The notes beneath the pieces are model-generated. The model was given only the letters and a program-made list of their open reading frames with translations, was not told the DNA's origin and did not search any database. Of a stretch of 64,000 bases of DNA, positions 28,379-40,420 are shown one piece after another. A program made the translations under genes and the position numbers. Source of the DNA: Adineta vaga (taxonomy: Eukaryota; Animalia; Rotifera); NCBI GenBank assembly GCA_021613535.1, contig CP075494.1, forward strand, positions 14,818,001-14,882,000. Reading direction: 5' to 3'. Positions within the stretch are counted from its first letter, which is position 1. Each line of letters begins with the position of its first letter.

Positions 28379-29620
28379 CTAAACAAAGAACGTGAAAACT
28401 CGAATAAAAATAAGAAAATAAATCAGAATTGGTGTTGTTATTGTCGCTTGCGATGGTGTTGTTGTCATCATTGTCGCTTGCGATGGTGTTGACGTTGGAA
28501 AAGTAACTTTGAGTTCTGCTAAACCTGTTGTTGTATCACATCCTTGATACCAAACTAAAAATGTATTTTCTGCTGTTTTCTTCCAACCTTCAATGAATAT
28601 AACCAGCGGTGTTAAACCACGATCAGTCCATACACCAGATCGATTATCACATTTTTCCCAATCTAATTCGGGTGAAAAAATTGGTTGATCACTTCTTGCT
28701 AAAACTTCTGTTGGATTATTTCCATTTAATATTGTCCAACCTAGATTATATTCAAGTGCCCAACCAGGTTTAGGATTTGAAATATTTGTTCGTCGCGCTG
28801 AATTATAAAGAAATAAGTAATTATTATCACTGAGCTTCAACGGTTCAGGTCCAGCTTCAACAAGATCAGAATCAAAATAATCTGATCGTGTACGTAGAAG
28901 AAAATCATTTGTTAATTCATAGTGAACAAGATCATTCGTTCGTGCAATAGCAATATTTGAATCATTGAAAAATAGATAACGATGAGTTGAATTATGAATT
29001 AATAGACTGCCACTTTTACACCAAAATACATCAGGAAATAATGGACCACGAATATTCCAACTGGCTTTCTTCAAACAATCATTGTTACAAGTAGCTAATG
29101 CTAATTGAGCTCGCCATCGATCATCCGTTGTTTTACTAACAGCAGTGTAAAATCTAATCGAATTTAATGAAAACAATATCTTTTATAAATAACATATTTT
29201 TACTTACAAATAATAAGTTCCTTCATAAAGAACGACACGAGGATCTTCAGCTCCAACCGATTGAATAGGAATATCATTATCAATAATAATATTACCATGA
29301 GTAACATTTGAATATTTCAAATAAGTACTATCTAAACTTTGACTTACGGCTATTTTACTTGGTCCAACATCATAGATTGTTTTGGAATCATTGAGTAAAT
29401 CTTGAACACGTACTAATAATGTAACGACATTTGCATCATTTTCTGTTGGCATATAGGCAACATTATAATTATATAAAAATTCCGAATTCTTATCCCATGA
29501 TGATATAATCGGTTGATTAGAGATACGTTTCATTTCAAAATGTGGAGGATCATAAGATAAACTCCCTGTACTGCATAGCACCAGAAGATATAGAACAACG
29601 TGCACTTTAAAACCAGCCAT
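28379..29620 (-). CDS. Secreted GH130-like glycosidase (beta-mannoside hydrolase/phosphorylase fold), one intron
   Basis: Signal peptide; YNYNVA; GAEDPRVVLYEGTYYL|FYTA; WCKSGSL; RSDYFDSDLVEAGPEP; FLYNSA; PIFSPELDWE; VIFIEG..VWYQGCD; Thr-rich stalk and hydrophobic C-terminal tail. Confidence 0.8.
28441..28491. repeat. Direct repeat, 30-nt period (TTGTCGCTTGCGATGGTGTTG x2), encoding TPSQAT repeats of the GH130 stalk
   Basis: Identical 21-mers at 28441 and 28471. Confidence 0.85.
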
Positions 29621-29660
29621 AAGGATACTTTTTTCAAAGACTACTAACGAAAGGTGAAGA

Positions 29661-29667
29661 TTTTATA
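29661..29667 (-). promoter_or_regulatory. Candidate TATA box of the GH130 gene
   Basis: TATAAAA on the minus strand ~40 nt upstream of the ATG at 29620. Confidence 0.45.
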
Positions 29668-29916
29668 CGGTAGTGTTCTGAAGGACGAGATGTTAAGTCA
29701 ATAAAAGCCTCTGATATTAACACTCACGTTTTAAATCAAGTGTCAATAACTACATAAAACAAAATGATAAAGAGTAATCTTCTTTGAAGAGAATAATTTA
29801 ATCCAATTGAAAGGTTTTTGAGTTCTTTTTTTTTTTATTGAAAACAGTAAAAGTATAAACCAAGATAAAAACAACGAACAAAAAGAAATATTTGAAATAC
29901 TTCTTTTTGATGAAAT

Positions 29917-30455
29917 TTAACTTTGTGTTGCAGCAGTACGATCTAATGAATGTTTAAATTCTTCATAAGTAATAAATCCATCACGATTAAGATCTTCATC
30001 TTTGAGTATATCATCAACAAGACTTGTAAGCTCTTCATCAGCGATACGCGGTTCATGTGTGTCATTGTTTGCATTTGTAGTCGTATTTGATTGATGCTCA
30101 TCATGTGTATGATCAAATGCTGCAATTACTTCTAAACCATCTAAACGATTATCATTATTTGTATCATGTAATTTGAAATAATAGAAATTCTGTTCTTCTA
30201 AGGTCATTTGTTCAACTGGTTTATTGATTTGTTGTTCAAGATCATGTTTCATATGACTAAATAAATTTGAAATAGAATGAAATATTCAAATAAATCATTT
30301 TACTTGAGATCATGAACATGATCTTCCATTTTTCGAGAGATATGTGGCTGTCCACCGGAAGTCATTTGTTGTGGATTACTACCACCATGTTGACCATGGC
30401 CGTTGATGCAATAGATTGAGAGAAGAAGAGGAAGAAGAAGATAGTAAATATGCAT
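29917..30455 (-). CDS. MCFD2: MCFD2 (multiple coagulation factor deficiency 2), EF-hand cargo receptor subunit
   Basis: Signal peptide MHIYYLLLPLLLSIYCING; MTLEEQNFYYFKLHDTNNDNRLDGLE and VDDILKDEDLNRDGFITYEEF EF-hands; one coding intron. Confidence 0.92.
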
Positions 30456-31143
30456 TCTGAAAATAAGAAGTGTTTCATTGACTTTGGGAGGATACAAGTA
30501 AAATGTTTCGTTCATGGATAGTGAACCGTCTATAGAATTTATCAAGTGTTTTCAGATTGACTATTGTAGTTAGGTGTAAGCAAGTGATATCTGTGGAATG
30601 GTTGTGTCTATTCAGTTGATCAAATTGAATGATCTTCCTACCTGAGCGATCTTACTTTATATTCTGTATTTAGATTCATTCAACAGAAATCATGAGGACT
30701 TTTCTTCTCTCATTGATTTGTTCGAATGCATCTGATTTGGATCGATCTATATATATAAAAGATTTCCATTCCATCTTTTCTTTCGCGGGCGCGGTTCGTT
30801 TTTCCCTCTTCTAGTCTCTCTTTCTCTCATGACTCATCTCATTATTGATTCGCTGTTTACGAAAACGAATCGTATAACATAATCGAGCCTCATTTGTTCT
30901 TTTCAATGCATTATTACTTTGAATTAAAAATATATTATTCTTTCATAATTACAAAAAAGAAAACAATCAAATAATTTCATTGATTTAATTGGTAATAAAT
31001 ATCTGCAATGTCCTCAAAGAAAGAATGTCTTAGTCAATAGAACTGATCATGATTGGTGAATAGAAAAACTATGGATAATAAAATTTGGAAAGAAAAGAAA
31101 GTTGTTTTATGCAAGTCAGATAAAAATAGTTATTGTTGCAAGG

Positions 31144-32957
31144 ATGACTTTTCTAAATCCAATTAAAGCAATTATTTTCTATCTCATGGTTATACTTGGA
31201 ATTTGTTTTAATCTTCTTTTTGCTATTACACCGGCTGTTCCATTTATTTTTCTTAACCGACGATTTTATTTACGTTGGTGTTCTTTTGCATTGGGTTATT
31301 ATCTTTTAATGATTACAGTTGAGATTCCTTTCTTTCTCAATCGGACAATTTTCATTCAACGATATTTTTCTATATTTTTCAGTGTCTTCTGGAAGATTTA
31401 CTTGGAATTAAAATTATTCTTACAGGAGACGATTTAACAAACGATAAGACTCGTTCAATTATAGTTTTAAATCATCGAACACGACTTGATTGGTTGTATG
31501 CATGGACATTACAAAGTCGATTTCAAATTCTAAGTCAATTGAAGATTGTCATGAAAGCCGGACTAAAAAGTATGCCGGCATTGGGTAAGATTAACTTGTT
31601 TTGTTTTTAATTTGCACAATACATTCTAATTATTTCTAAGGTTGGGCATGTCAACATGCGGGTTATCTTTTTCTTCATCGTCAATGGGAAAATGATCAAG
31701 AAAGAATCAATAATATTATTGGATATTATAAATCATGTCAATCACCACTTTCCGTACGTATTTTGAACGTCTTTAAAAGCTTTTTGCTTAAAATATGACG
31801 CGTTCGAAAGAGAATTCTACCATCTAATTGATTCTTTTACGTATTAACTATCTTTTTCTAGATCGTATATGAATAATTCATTTTTTCCGAGAAAATAATG
31901 GTAGTGAAATATTGATTTACACTTACGAGAAAATGCTTTTAACTAAACTTCCTTTATTTCTAATCTATTTGCATGTTAATCTAGTCTAGATAATTAGATT
32001 TCGATATTATCTGCATGGTAATCTAATATCGTTCATGTTTGAATGAGAAGTTTTCTAGTCGTTTCATTTTTCGAAATTCAATGAGCAAGAAAACGTTTAG
32101 CTCGTGATAGTTTAGCTGTTTTGCATGTTAGTTTCACCTTGAATTATGTTAATTCGATTGGAAAAGAAAATTATTTTTCCATTTATGGTAGTTATTAATC
32201 TTTCCCGAAGGAACAAATTTAACCAATGAAACTAAAATTAAAAGCAATAATTATGCGTCGAAACAGAAAACTTATAATCGAATTTATGAATATTGTCTTC
32301 ATCCACACGTCACTGGATTTGCATATTTAGTAAATGCAATGCGATCAAGTAAAGATAAAAAATTTCATTGATGTAAGATTTATTTCATTTGATTTAGATG
32401 ATATTGTTGATGCGATTGATGATGTAACGATTGGTTATGAAGGACAATTTCCAATAACAGAACTTGATTTATTAAAAGGTCGTTTTCCAAAAGTTGTTCA
32501 TTTTCATATAAAACGTTATAATATCAATGAATTACCACAAGATAGTGAACAAATCGGTGATTGGTTACGGAAATGTTGGGATGAAAAAGAGAATCGTTTG
32601 AAAGAGTAAAACAAGATTGAATTCGTAATTGAATTTGAAAATTTTCATTAATATTTTAGATTTTATGAAAAAAAGCAATTTGATTCACCAACGAAACGAT
32701 TGAATAATGAACGAATGGAATCTACTGTACGATTTCAACGACGTTTAGCATTAGTTATATGCACATTATTCATTCTATTTTGGTCATATTGTATCATCGC
32801 ATTCGTTAAGATAAAATTTTATGTTGTCTTAGTTTGTATATTTCATTGGGTGATGGAATCTTATACAAATGGTGTCATTGATTTTGTCTGTCAACTTGAT
32901 GCAAACTATCGACGACAACAACAACAACAACAACAACCAGCAATTAGACAGGACTAA
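31144..32957 (+). CDS. LCLAT1: Lysocardiolipin acyltransferase 1 (AGPAT family)
   Basis: NHRTRLDW (HX4D), LKIVMKAGLK..PALGWACQ..YLFLHR.W..D, LLIFPEGT, LHPHVTGF, DVTIGY. Confidence 0.9.
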
Positions 32958-33111
32958 AATTGAATCTCGTAAATGATCTGCCTATTTGTTTCTGTTTTTT
33001 TTCCATAGATCTTTATTTGCTCATAAATATTTTTAATCATTTTAGAGTATAATTTTTTTATAATTAAGAAAATGCTTTCTTCCGATTTTAGATAAAACAA
33101 CTCTAAGAGTT

Positions 33112-33702
33112 ATGCAGATCTTTGTGCGTACTCTCGATGATCGAACATTAACACTCGATGTTCAACCACAAGATACCATCAATGAAATTAAAGAAGTTGT
33201 TGAACAACGGGAAGGTAAAATCAAAAAGTTTTCATTTTTTGAAAAAGTTTCTATTCTTTTACAAATTGATTAGGTATCCCGGTTGATGAACAACGTTTAA
33301 CATTAGGTGGAATTTCATTAGATGATGAATTAACACTTACGGAATGTCGCGTTGAAGATAAAAGTACACTTCACGTTTTACTCGATCTTGAAGGTGGTGG
33401 TAAAAAACGTAAGAAGAAATCTTACAATACACCCAAGAAGAATAAACATAAACACAAGAAAGTCAAATTGGCTGTTCTTAAATATTATAAAGTAAGACAT
33501 TCAATTGATTGAAAAAACAAACAAACATTCTTGATCTGTTTTTGTTCAGGTTGAAGATTCAGGTAAAATTCGTCGTTTAAGACGTGAATGCCAATCAAAA
33601 CAATGCGGTGCTGGTGTTTTCATGGCTGCACATCATGATCGTAATTATTGTGGCAAATGTTGTGTGACATATATGTTCAACAAACGTGAAGAAGAACAAT
33701 AG
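33112..33702 (+). CDS. RPS27A: Ribosomal protein eS31/S27a fused to a divergent ubiquitin-like domain (3 exons)
   Basis: Exons 33112-33214, 33274-33491 and 33550-33702. Ubl ending LDLEGG, then [38 protein letters not shown]...[16 protein letters not shown]. Not in the ORF track. Confidence 0.96.
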
Positions 33703-33885
33703 AGATATATAAATGATGACAAGCAAACGTTGTTTTGAATTCAAACAGCCTTTATCTCTTTTTTTCTTTATAACATCATTCTAAACAAAAGAAAATAAAA
33801 AAACAAAAGAACGAAAAAATCTTGATTATTATTTAATTATCTTTCAGATAAAATAGTTTGTTCAATTTTTCAATTGAAAAACAAA

Positions 33886-34208
33886 ATGACGACAACACAA
33901 ATGAAAACACCATTAAATCCAAGACCTTATATTAATGAATTAGTTGGCAAAAAGATTCTCGTTCGACTTAAATGGGGAATGACATATACCGGTAAATTGA
34001 ATTCATTAATTAATCATCTTTTTTTTCTTTTCTTTTAGGTGTTCTTGTTAGTGTTGATCAATATATGAATGTTCAATTAGGTCATGCTGTTGAATATATT
34101 GATGAACAAAATAAAGGTCCATTAGGTGAAATTCTCATTCGATGTAATAATATTCTTTATATATCCGGTGTTGATGAAGCCGATGAAGATGATGATGCAA
34201 TGGCATAG
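33886..34208 (+). CDS. SNRPF: Small nuclear ribonucleoprotein F (SmF)
   Basis: [45 protein letters not shown]....[14 protein letters not shown]; one intron; not in the ORF track. Confidence 0.95.
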
Positions 34209-34722
34209 ATCAAAATCAAGAAAAATTAAGGATGATTAGAAATTATTTCTTGTTGTTGTTATTGTACGTTCTTTTTTTTATACTTGATGACATGTGTGAT
34301 TGAAAAAACAAAAGCAAAAAATAGACATATACATGTGTCGTTAACCGTTTAATGATCTTTTTTTGTAAATAGAACAATCCACTCTCTTCATAATCTAGGC
34401 AATGAGGATATATTCAATAAACGAGATTTGGTTATATTAGATTATTATTTTCAAAAAATTGAAACTCGAGAAGTTCAGATAACAAATGAGAAAGAAAATT
34501 GATCGAGATATTCTCGTGGAAGTTGTAGAGTTTTCACCATTGAAAATCAACTGTTTCATTACAAAAAAATGCACTTTTGTTTGTTCATATCAAATGTTCG
34601 AAGGTCTTTTCTTTTTGTCTAATGATGATATCATATTCTTCAATAACCTTTAGTAACATGAAGGTTTTTATTTTCATAGGAAAAAAATAATGTCAAATAT
34701 TCATTTACATTCATTCGATTGT

Positions 34723-37447
34723 CTACTCATCTTGTTTAATATCTTGAATAATCATTGAATTTTCTTTTTCAATTGTTTCTTCACATGTTGCTAATGAATT
34801 CGTTTGTTGTTTTATTCGTTTCTTATCGATTATTATTGGTTTTAATTCGATACGTCGTTTTTGTTGAATTTTTCTCATGTTATTCAATGATGAATTTGAT
34901 CGTTTGAAACTTAATTGATTTAATCGATCGATTGAACGAGTTGGCAATGAAAATGTGTATTTTTCTTTTAATGCTCTTAATTTCTTCAAACGTTCTTGTG
35001 TATCATCAGTTTTAATACGTTCTCTTCTTTCGATTGTTTTAGGAAAATTTATTTCGGAATTTGCAGATGGTAAAATAATCTCACTATTAATGATCAAATC
35101 AGTTGCTATGGATGGTGTTGTAACAGTTGATTGTCGTGCCGTACTTATTCGAGGTAATATTCCATTTAAAGTCGATGGAGTTGGTGCTTCTTTCGTTGTC
35201 GGACGTGTAGTTGATTTATCAGTGAAAAGTTGATTATCATCATATATCATACGTTCTTTATCATCATTTTCATTATAAATTAATTGATAATTCTTTAAAC
35301 ATTGAACTGGTAATAATGAATGATTAGTTCTATATTTATCAAAACATTCGAGAACAATATTTAAAGTTTCTTCGAATAAAGGTTTTGTTGTTGTATTCAC
35401 TTGTGTATTGCCCCAACTAATTTATTTAATAAAATAAAGTTCATTATAGAAATCAAATCAACTTACCCAACACCGGGATTATCATTAACTTCTAAGAGCC
35501 ATAAACGAAAATTTTCATCAAGTAAAAAATCACAACCAAATAAACCAAAATGACCAGCGATACGTTCTAATTTATTTTTACTAGCACGAATAACTTGTCG
35601 AATAATTGTATGCATACGATCCTTAAGTACAAAATATAGAAATATCCGATACAAAAGTTTCGTTGTAGGGCAATAGTCATCTTTTATTTATAGACAGATG
35701 AAAAGATTTTTTTGACAGCTTTTTAATCTGGAGTTTACAATAGTAAATCGAAGTTATATTGTGATATAATTCAATTGCATTCCTGTTTTAGACAAGAACG
35801 TTACATTAGGTAAGAAAAGGTTTAGTTTTGTGGAACTTATATGCACTTTTCTAGGAGAAATTTGAAGTCAATTCTATTAACAACAAATGCTGATTACGAA
35901 CATGCCATTATATATAAATGGACTAGAAAAGCTTTATTTACTTGCATAACTGTCATAACCCAATCTTCACATAATTGAGGATGAAATGGTCGGAAACATT
36001 TATTGAAATATTGACTAAAATGATGTAAAAATATTTAGAAAGAAATCTCTAATCATTTTACATTACTTTAATTGTTGCATCGTCATTCCTGTTTCTTCTG
36101 ATGAACTTGCATATCGATAATGATGTTCTTGAACTGACTAAACCCAAAGATTCTTATTTATATGTATAGAATTGAGCAGTTCAACTTACTAAATTCGTTA
36201 GATGTGTTGCACGATCAAAATCAAATTCTCGATAAAGATTAAGTGAAAGACGTATGACTGATGCATTATGATTATAAAAGATAATCAATGGTTTTGTCCA
36301 AGCGACAAGCCAATGTACACGCATATCAAATTTACGACCTTTTATAAGAAGTGGTCGAGAAATATATCTAAGTTAAGCAAAGAAAAAAATAAACGAAATT
36401 TGTTTTTTAATTTTCATGTTCGTATGGAAATTATTGATCATCATACGCTACTCTTGCATTATGTGTCCGGGAAATTTTGGTTGATGTTGAGGACGTTTAC
36501 CGATAGTCGATTGTGTTTTAAATACTGTCTCCATATTGGAATTTCCTGATAGAACCTGTATACCTTGACCAGCGTAGCTATAACGTGGTTTGCATATCCA
36601 AGTTCGATTTTGTTCTATAAGTGGAAAAGGAAATTAATTTTTCTTCTAGAAAATATGCAGTCACGTAGTAGAATATTTCTTTTAAACACATTATCAAGTA
36701 ATTAAACACTATCGAATAGCTTTTTCAAATTGTCATGAAAGTGTAAATTGTACAGAGAATTATTGCTGGTATTTGAACTTTTGAGTTCTTTCCTTATAAT
36801 CTTCTTGTCGATAATGAAGACTGGAAATTTAATCCTTTTAGTAAACAAGATATATGAAGACTTTTTTCTATCTTGATTGAATATTCTATTATGAGAAAAA
36901 AAAAGAAGAAGTATTACACGTACTTTTATGAATACGTAGGAATTCAGCCAATTCATTAGCATCGTCAAGCACAAATGTCATTGGCAGAAAAGTCTGAACA
37001 TGATTACCGACAGAATTTCTTCTACTATTTATATAATCTCGTATTGTATACCAGAGATTAACTTTATCAGCAAATGTTATTTGACCAGGTATGTTATTGA
37101 TTAATTGTTTTCCTTCTTGAAATTTTTTCCAATCTACTTGATGTTCAAGACACCATTTGATTGTGAAATTAGTCACAGCTTGATCTTTCGTACGTGACCA
37201 ACCACGTTCTTCAAGTATTTCTGTAATTCTATTTTGCAAAAAAAGAAAAAAGGAAAAGATAATAGTGTTTTTTTTTTAAATAATAAATTCCTTTGACTTA
37301 CACTTGTGCTTTGTCAGTGCATGCATAGAAAACTAAATTAGATCCTGATCTTTTGCGTAAAATTAAATCTCCCAATTGAGTACTTTTTGAACGTACGACT
37401 TTTCGTTCTTGGTCTTTTTTTTGACCATTTACGCTTCCATTGCCCAT
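34723..37447 (-). CDS. TTLL10: Tubulin-tyrosine-ligase-like protein, TTLL10 (glycylase) type
   Basis: FQEGKQLINNIPG, FLPMTFVL, WICKP...GQGI, YISRPLLIKGRKFDMRVY, HLTN, GHFGLFGCDFLLDENFRLWLLEVNDNP. Confidence 0.82.
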
Positions 37448-40420
37448 GATGAAACTAATAGATTGTTCGTTTCTTTCTTTCTTTCTTTTTTTCTTCCTTT
37501 CTTGTCTATTCAAAAAATATGAACATTGATTGTTGCTACTGGAGATATGTTTGAAAACAATTTCATTTGTCACAATCGAGAATGTGTTTTTTTTCCTCGT
37601 TCTTTAGTTAAATAAAACGGTAACTAACTATATGTTGTTTGATGGGATGTCGATGTTTTGAGAACAAGAATTCTTATTGACGCTATTCAAATGTTGTTGT
37701 GGTATACACTTTTGAAATAATAGAGATGAATGGTAGTCATTTCGACTTCAGTTTTTTTTTTAATATTTTCTCATATGTATATATATTTCTGCAAAGAAAG
37801 AAAAGAAAAAAATCAGCTTGTCTGAGTGTTGTCATTGATGAAAAGGTGAATTTGACGTTCTCCTCTTATTTGCTTGTAGTTGAATGATGTAGGTTGAAAT
37901 GATTTGTTTTGTTACGATTGATATCAAATGAAAACATGTCGCATTCGATTATTATATTAATAAAAATCCGACAAAGAACATTATTCAAAAGACATTGATT
38001 GATAAAAAGTACCAGACTATAATTGTTTCTTTGTTTTATTTTTCATATGCTACTCTAGGTTCTACTTCAATTTCGTTCTTCCTGTTGGAAAGTACTTTTT
38101 TCAATTATGAACTACAATACTTGAATGTTCGTTTATTCATGTTTCCTTAACTCTACTCTGAGATATTTTTAATTAGTTAGTTTTAAATTGCAAATGTTTT
38201 ATTCAAAAGACAAGAATCTCTCCTTTTTTTTCTCCTGTTTTATAAATAGCAACATTCTATATCAAAGCTTGAATAAGAGACAAATGCAGATTGATTGTCT
38301 ATTGATGGATCATTTTCACTTCCATATTCATCTTATTCATTTCGCTTCTTCCTCTTTTTTTTAAGCTAGACTAGTTTCTATTATATTTTCACATTTTATA
38401 AAATTCTTATTATCAATAAAAGTTTTATTTCACTCAAATATATTGTTCTAGTAATAGCTCATTAGATAAATTCTATATTTCATATCAAGAATATACGCTA
38501 TCTAATAATTGTCAAGTATTGAATATTTCTCTTGATAAATTATTTAACATGTCTTTCATATAATGAAAAAGTACATGAAGAATTCGTATATGTAATAAAA
38601 ACCATTCCTATTGAAGTTTTTCTTGTTTGTTTTTTTCTCCTACGAAAATTGATGTAATTTGATCAGTTATTGTGAGTATTAATTGGTAAGTATTCAATGT
38701 TTTTTGCTTATCAAAACAGATATTATTTCAGTTCAGTCTTTATCACAGATATATCAATATATATTCTACGAATGTGAATTCGAGTAAGTAGCTAACAAAG
38801 TGATCAGATCTGTCGGACGTTTATTTTTCGAGTTTTTTCTATTATTTTAACGTAGATCTATTCAGTAATTCATTCGTATAATAAAACGAGAAGGCATTTA
38901 TTATTTGTCATTCTGACATATCTATGAACTAAAGATATCTGTAATTGTGTTATTAATGTTATCTAACTGACAATTTGCGCTTTCATATTACACATGAAAA
39001 TGTTCGTTAATTAAAATGTGTAAAACGACATTATGTGTGAACATTGACATTGATCAAATGATTATTTTCATATAATTTTCCGTGCGACAAAGTAAATTCT
39101 CTATCAATTAATTTCGAAGGGCGCGGGTGATGCCTGGATTGCATCAAACAATATTCTGCTTTCCTTATGAATTATTTTCAAGTGAAATTATCCGAAAAAG
39201 TTCATTTAGTATTTTTGTTTAATATTTCTACTTCAACTTTACTTTAATGTTGGAACTAAACGTTCTTTCCTACTTCTCTATTTTGTTGTTTTCTTTAAGA
39301 TGTTTCATAAAATCTCTTGAGCATTAATTTAGTCAGTTATAATAGCGATAAGGATCAAAAAGAAAAGCCAGATTAACTTAAAAACAGATTAAAGTGTCAT
39401 CTTGGTTTTTTGTTTTAATATATTCGGATTGAAAAGCATTTAGAAGAAATTTTTAATTTAATTCCATATCTTTCATTCATAAAAGTCCGAGAAAAGTAGT
39501 CTTTTGGTATTTTTCATAATAGGTGTGAATTTGTCAATTACATAAATATCTTGTAACTATTTACAAAGTTTTTCATAATGAAAAACTAAAGTAAGATGTT
39601 GAACAGCATTTTTATTTGAGATTAGATGATGTGAAGTAAATTATACGGTAGAATTCATTTATATGTCGTGAGTAAATTATCATATAGATAAGAGGTTGGC
39701 GTAGGTCTTGTATTGTTATTATCACAGACCAATAATAAAATATGTGAGTAGAGTTAAACCAAATAGAAAATTGTTCATGTTTTGACTATTAAGAATCAAA
39801 TAGAAAAGCCATTTATCATGTATCTTTTTGATAGAGATTGTTATTTGTCAGTCTTGATTTACTTGCTTTCCGTTAGCTGTCAAAACGACATTTTTCCTGT
39901 TGATTTTGTCAACATTCTAGAGAAAAATATATCCTGCTGAAAGATTCACAGCGATGAATGAGGTTTCATTAAGTATATTCTTGGAATTATCGATGCTATT
40001 CAACTAATAATTGTAGTTTTGATAAGTTCCAGATATAAAAGATCTTCTATTTTTTCGAACGTCATTCCCTTGAATAACTCATTTTAATAGAAACTAAAAG
40101 AGAAAAGTTAATTTCTTTTTCTTTAAAAGCATGAATACATAAGCATAATGTTTTATTCATCAATCATATCTTTTAACTTTGTTTTAGATCATTTCATTTC
40201 TAGTTTATTCATTGTTTTTTCCTTTAAAACAAAACACTTCATCTATCGACGTATTATTTTTCTAAATCGATAGCGTGATTCAACAGATTACGTATATCCT
40301 TTCTCTTCGTTATATACCTTCGAGAAATTTACTTCCATTTCATCGGTACGTAGATATGATGAAAACAAAGAAGGAAAACACTAAACGGACCATTGTTTTA
40401 TCTTTAGTAACTAAATCCGT

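Noticed and set aside
37600-40300. ORF-free intergenic stretch, including the hairpin TGATGC/GCATCA at ~39128
   Set aside because: A single 6-bp stem is expected by chance; no repeats or coding remnants recognised.
40294-40302. ATATCCTTT U12-type donor
   Set aside because: No TCCTTAAC branch site downstream; an overlapping GT donor explains a normal 5'UTR intron.
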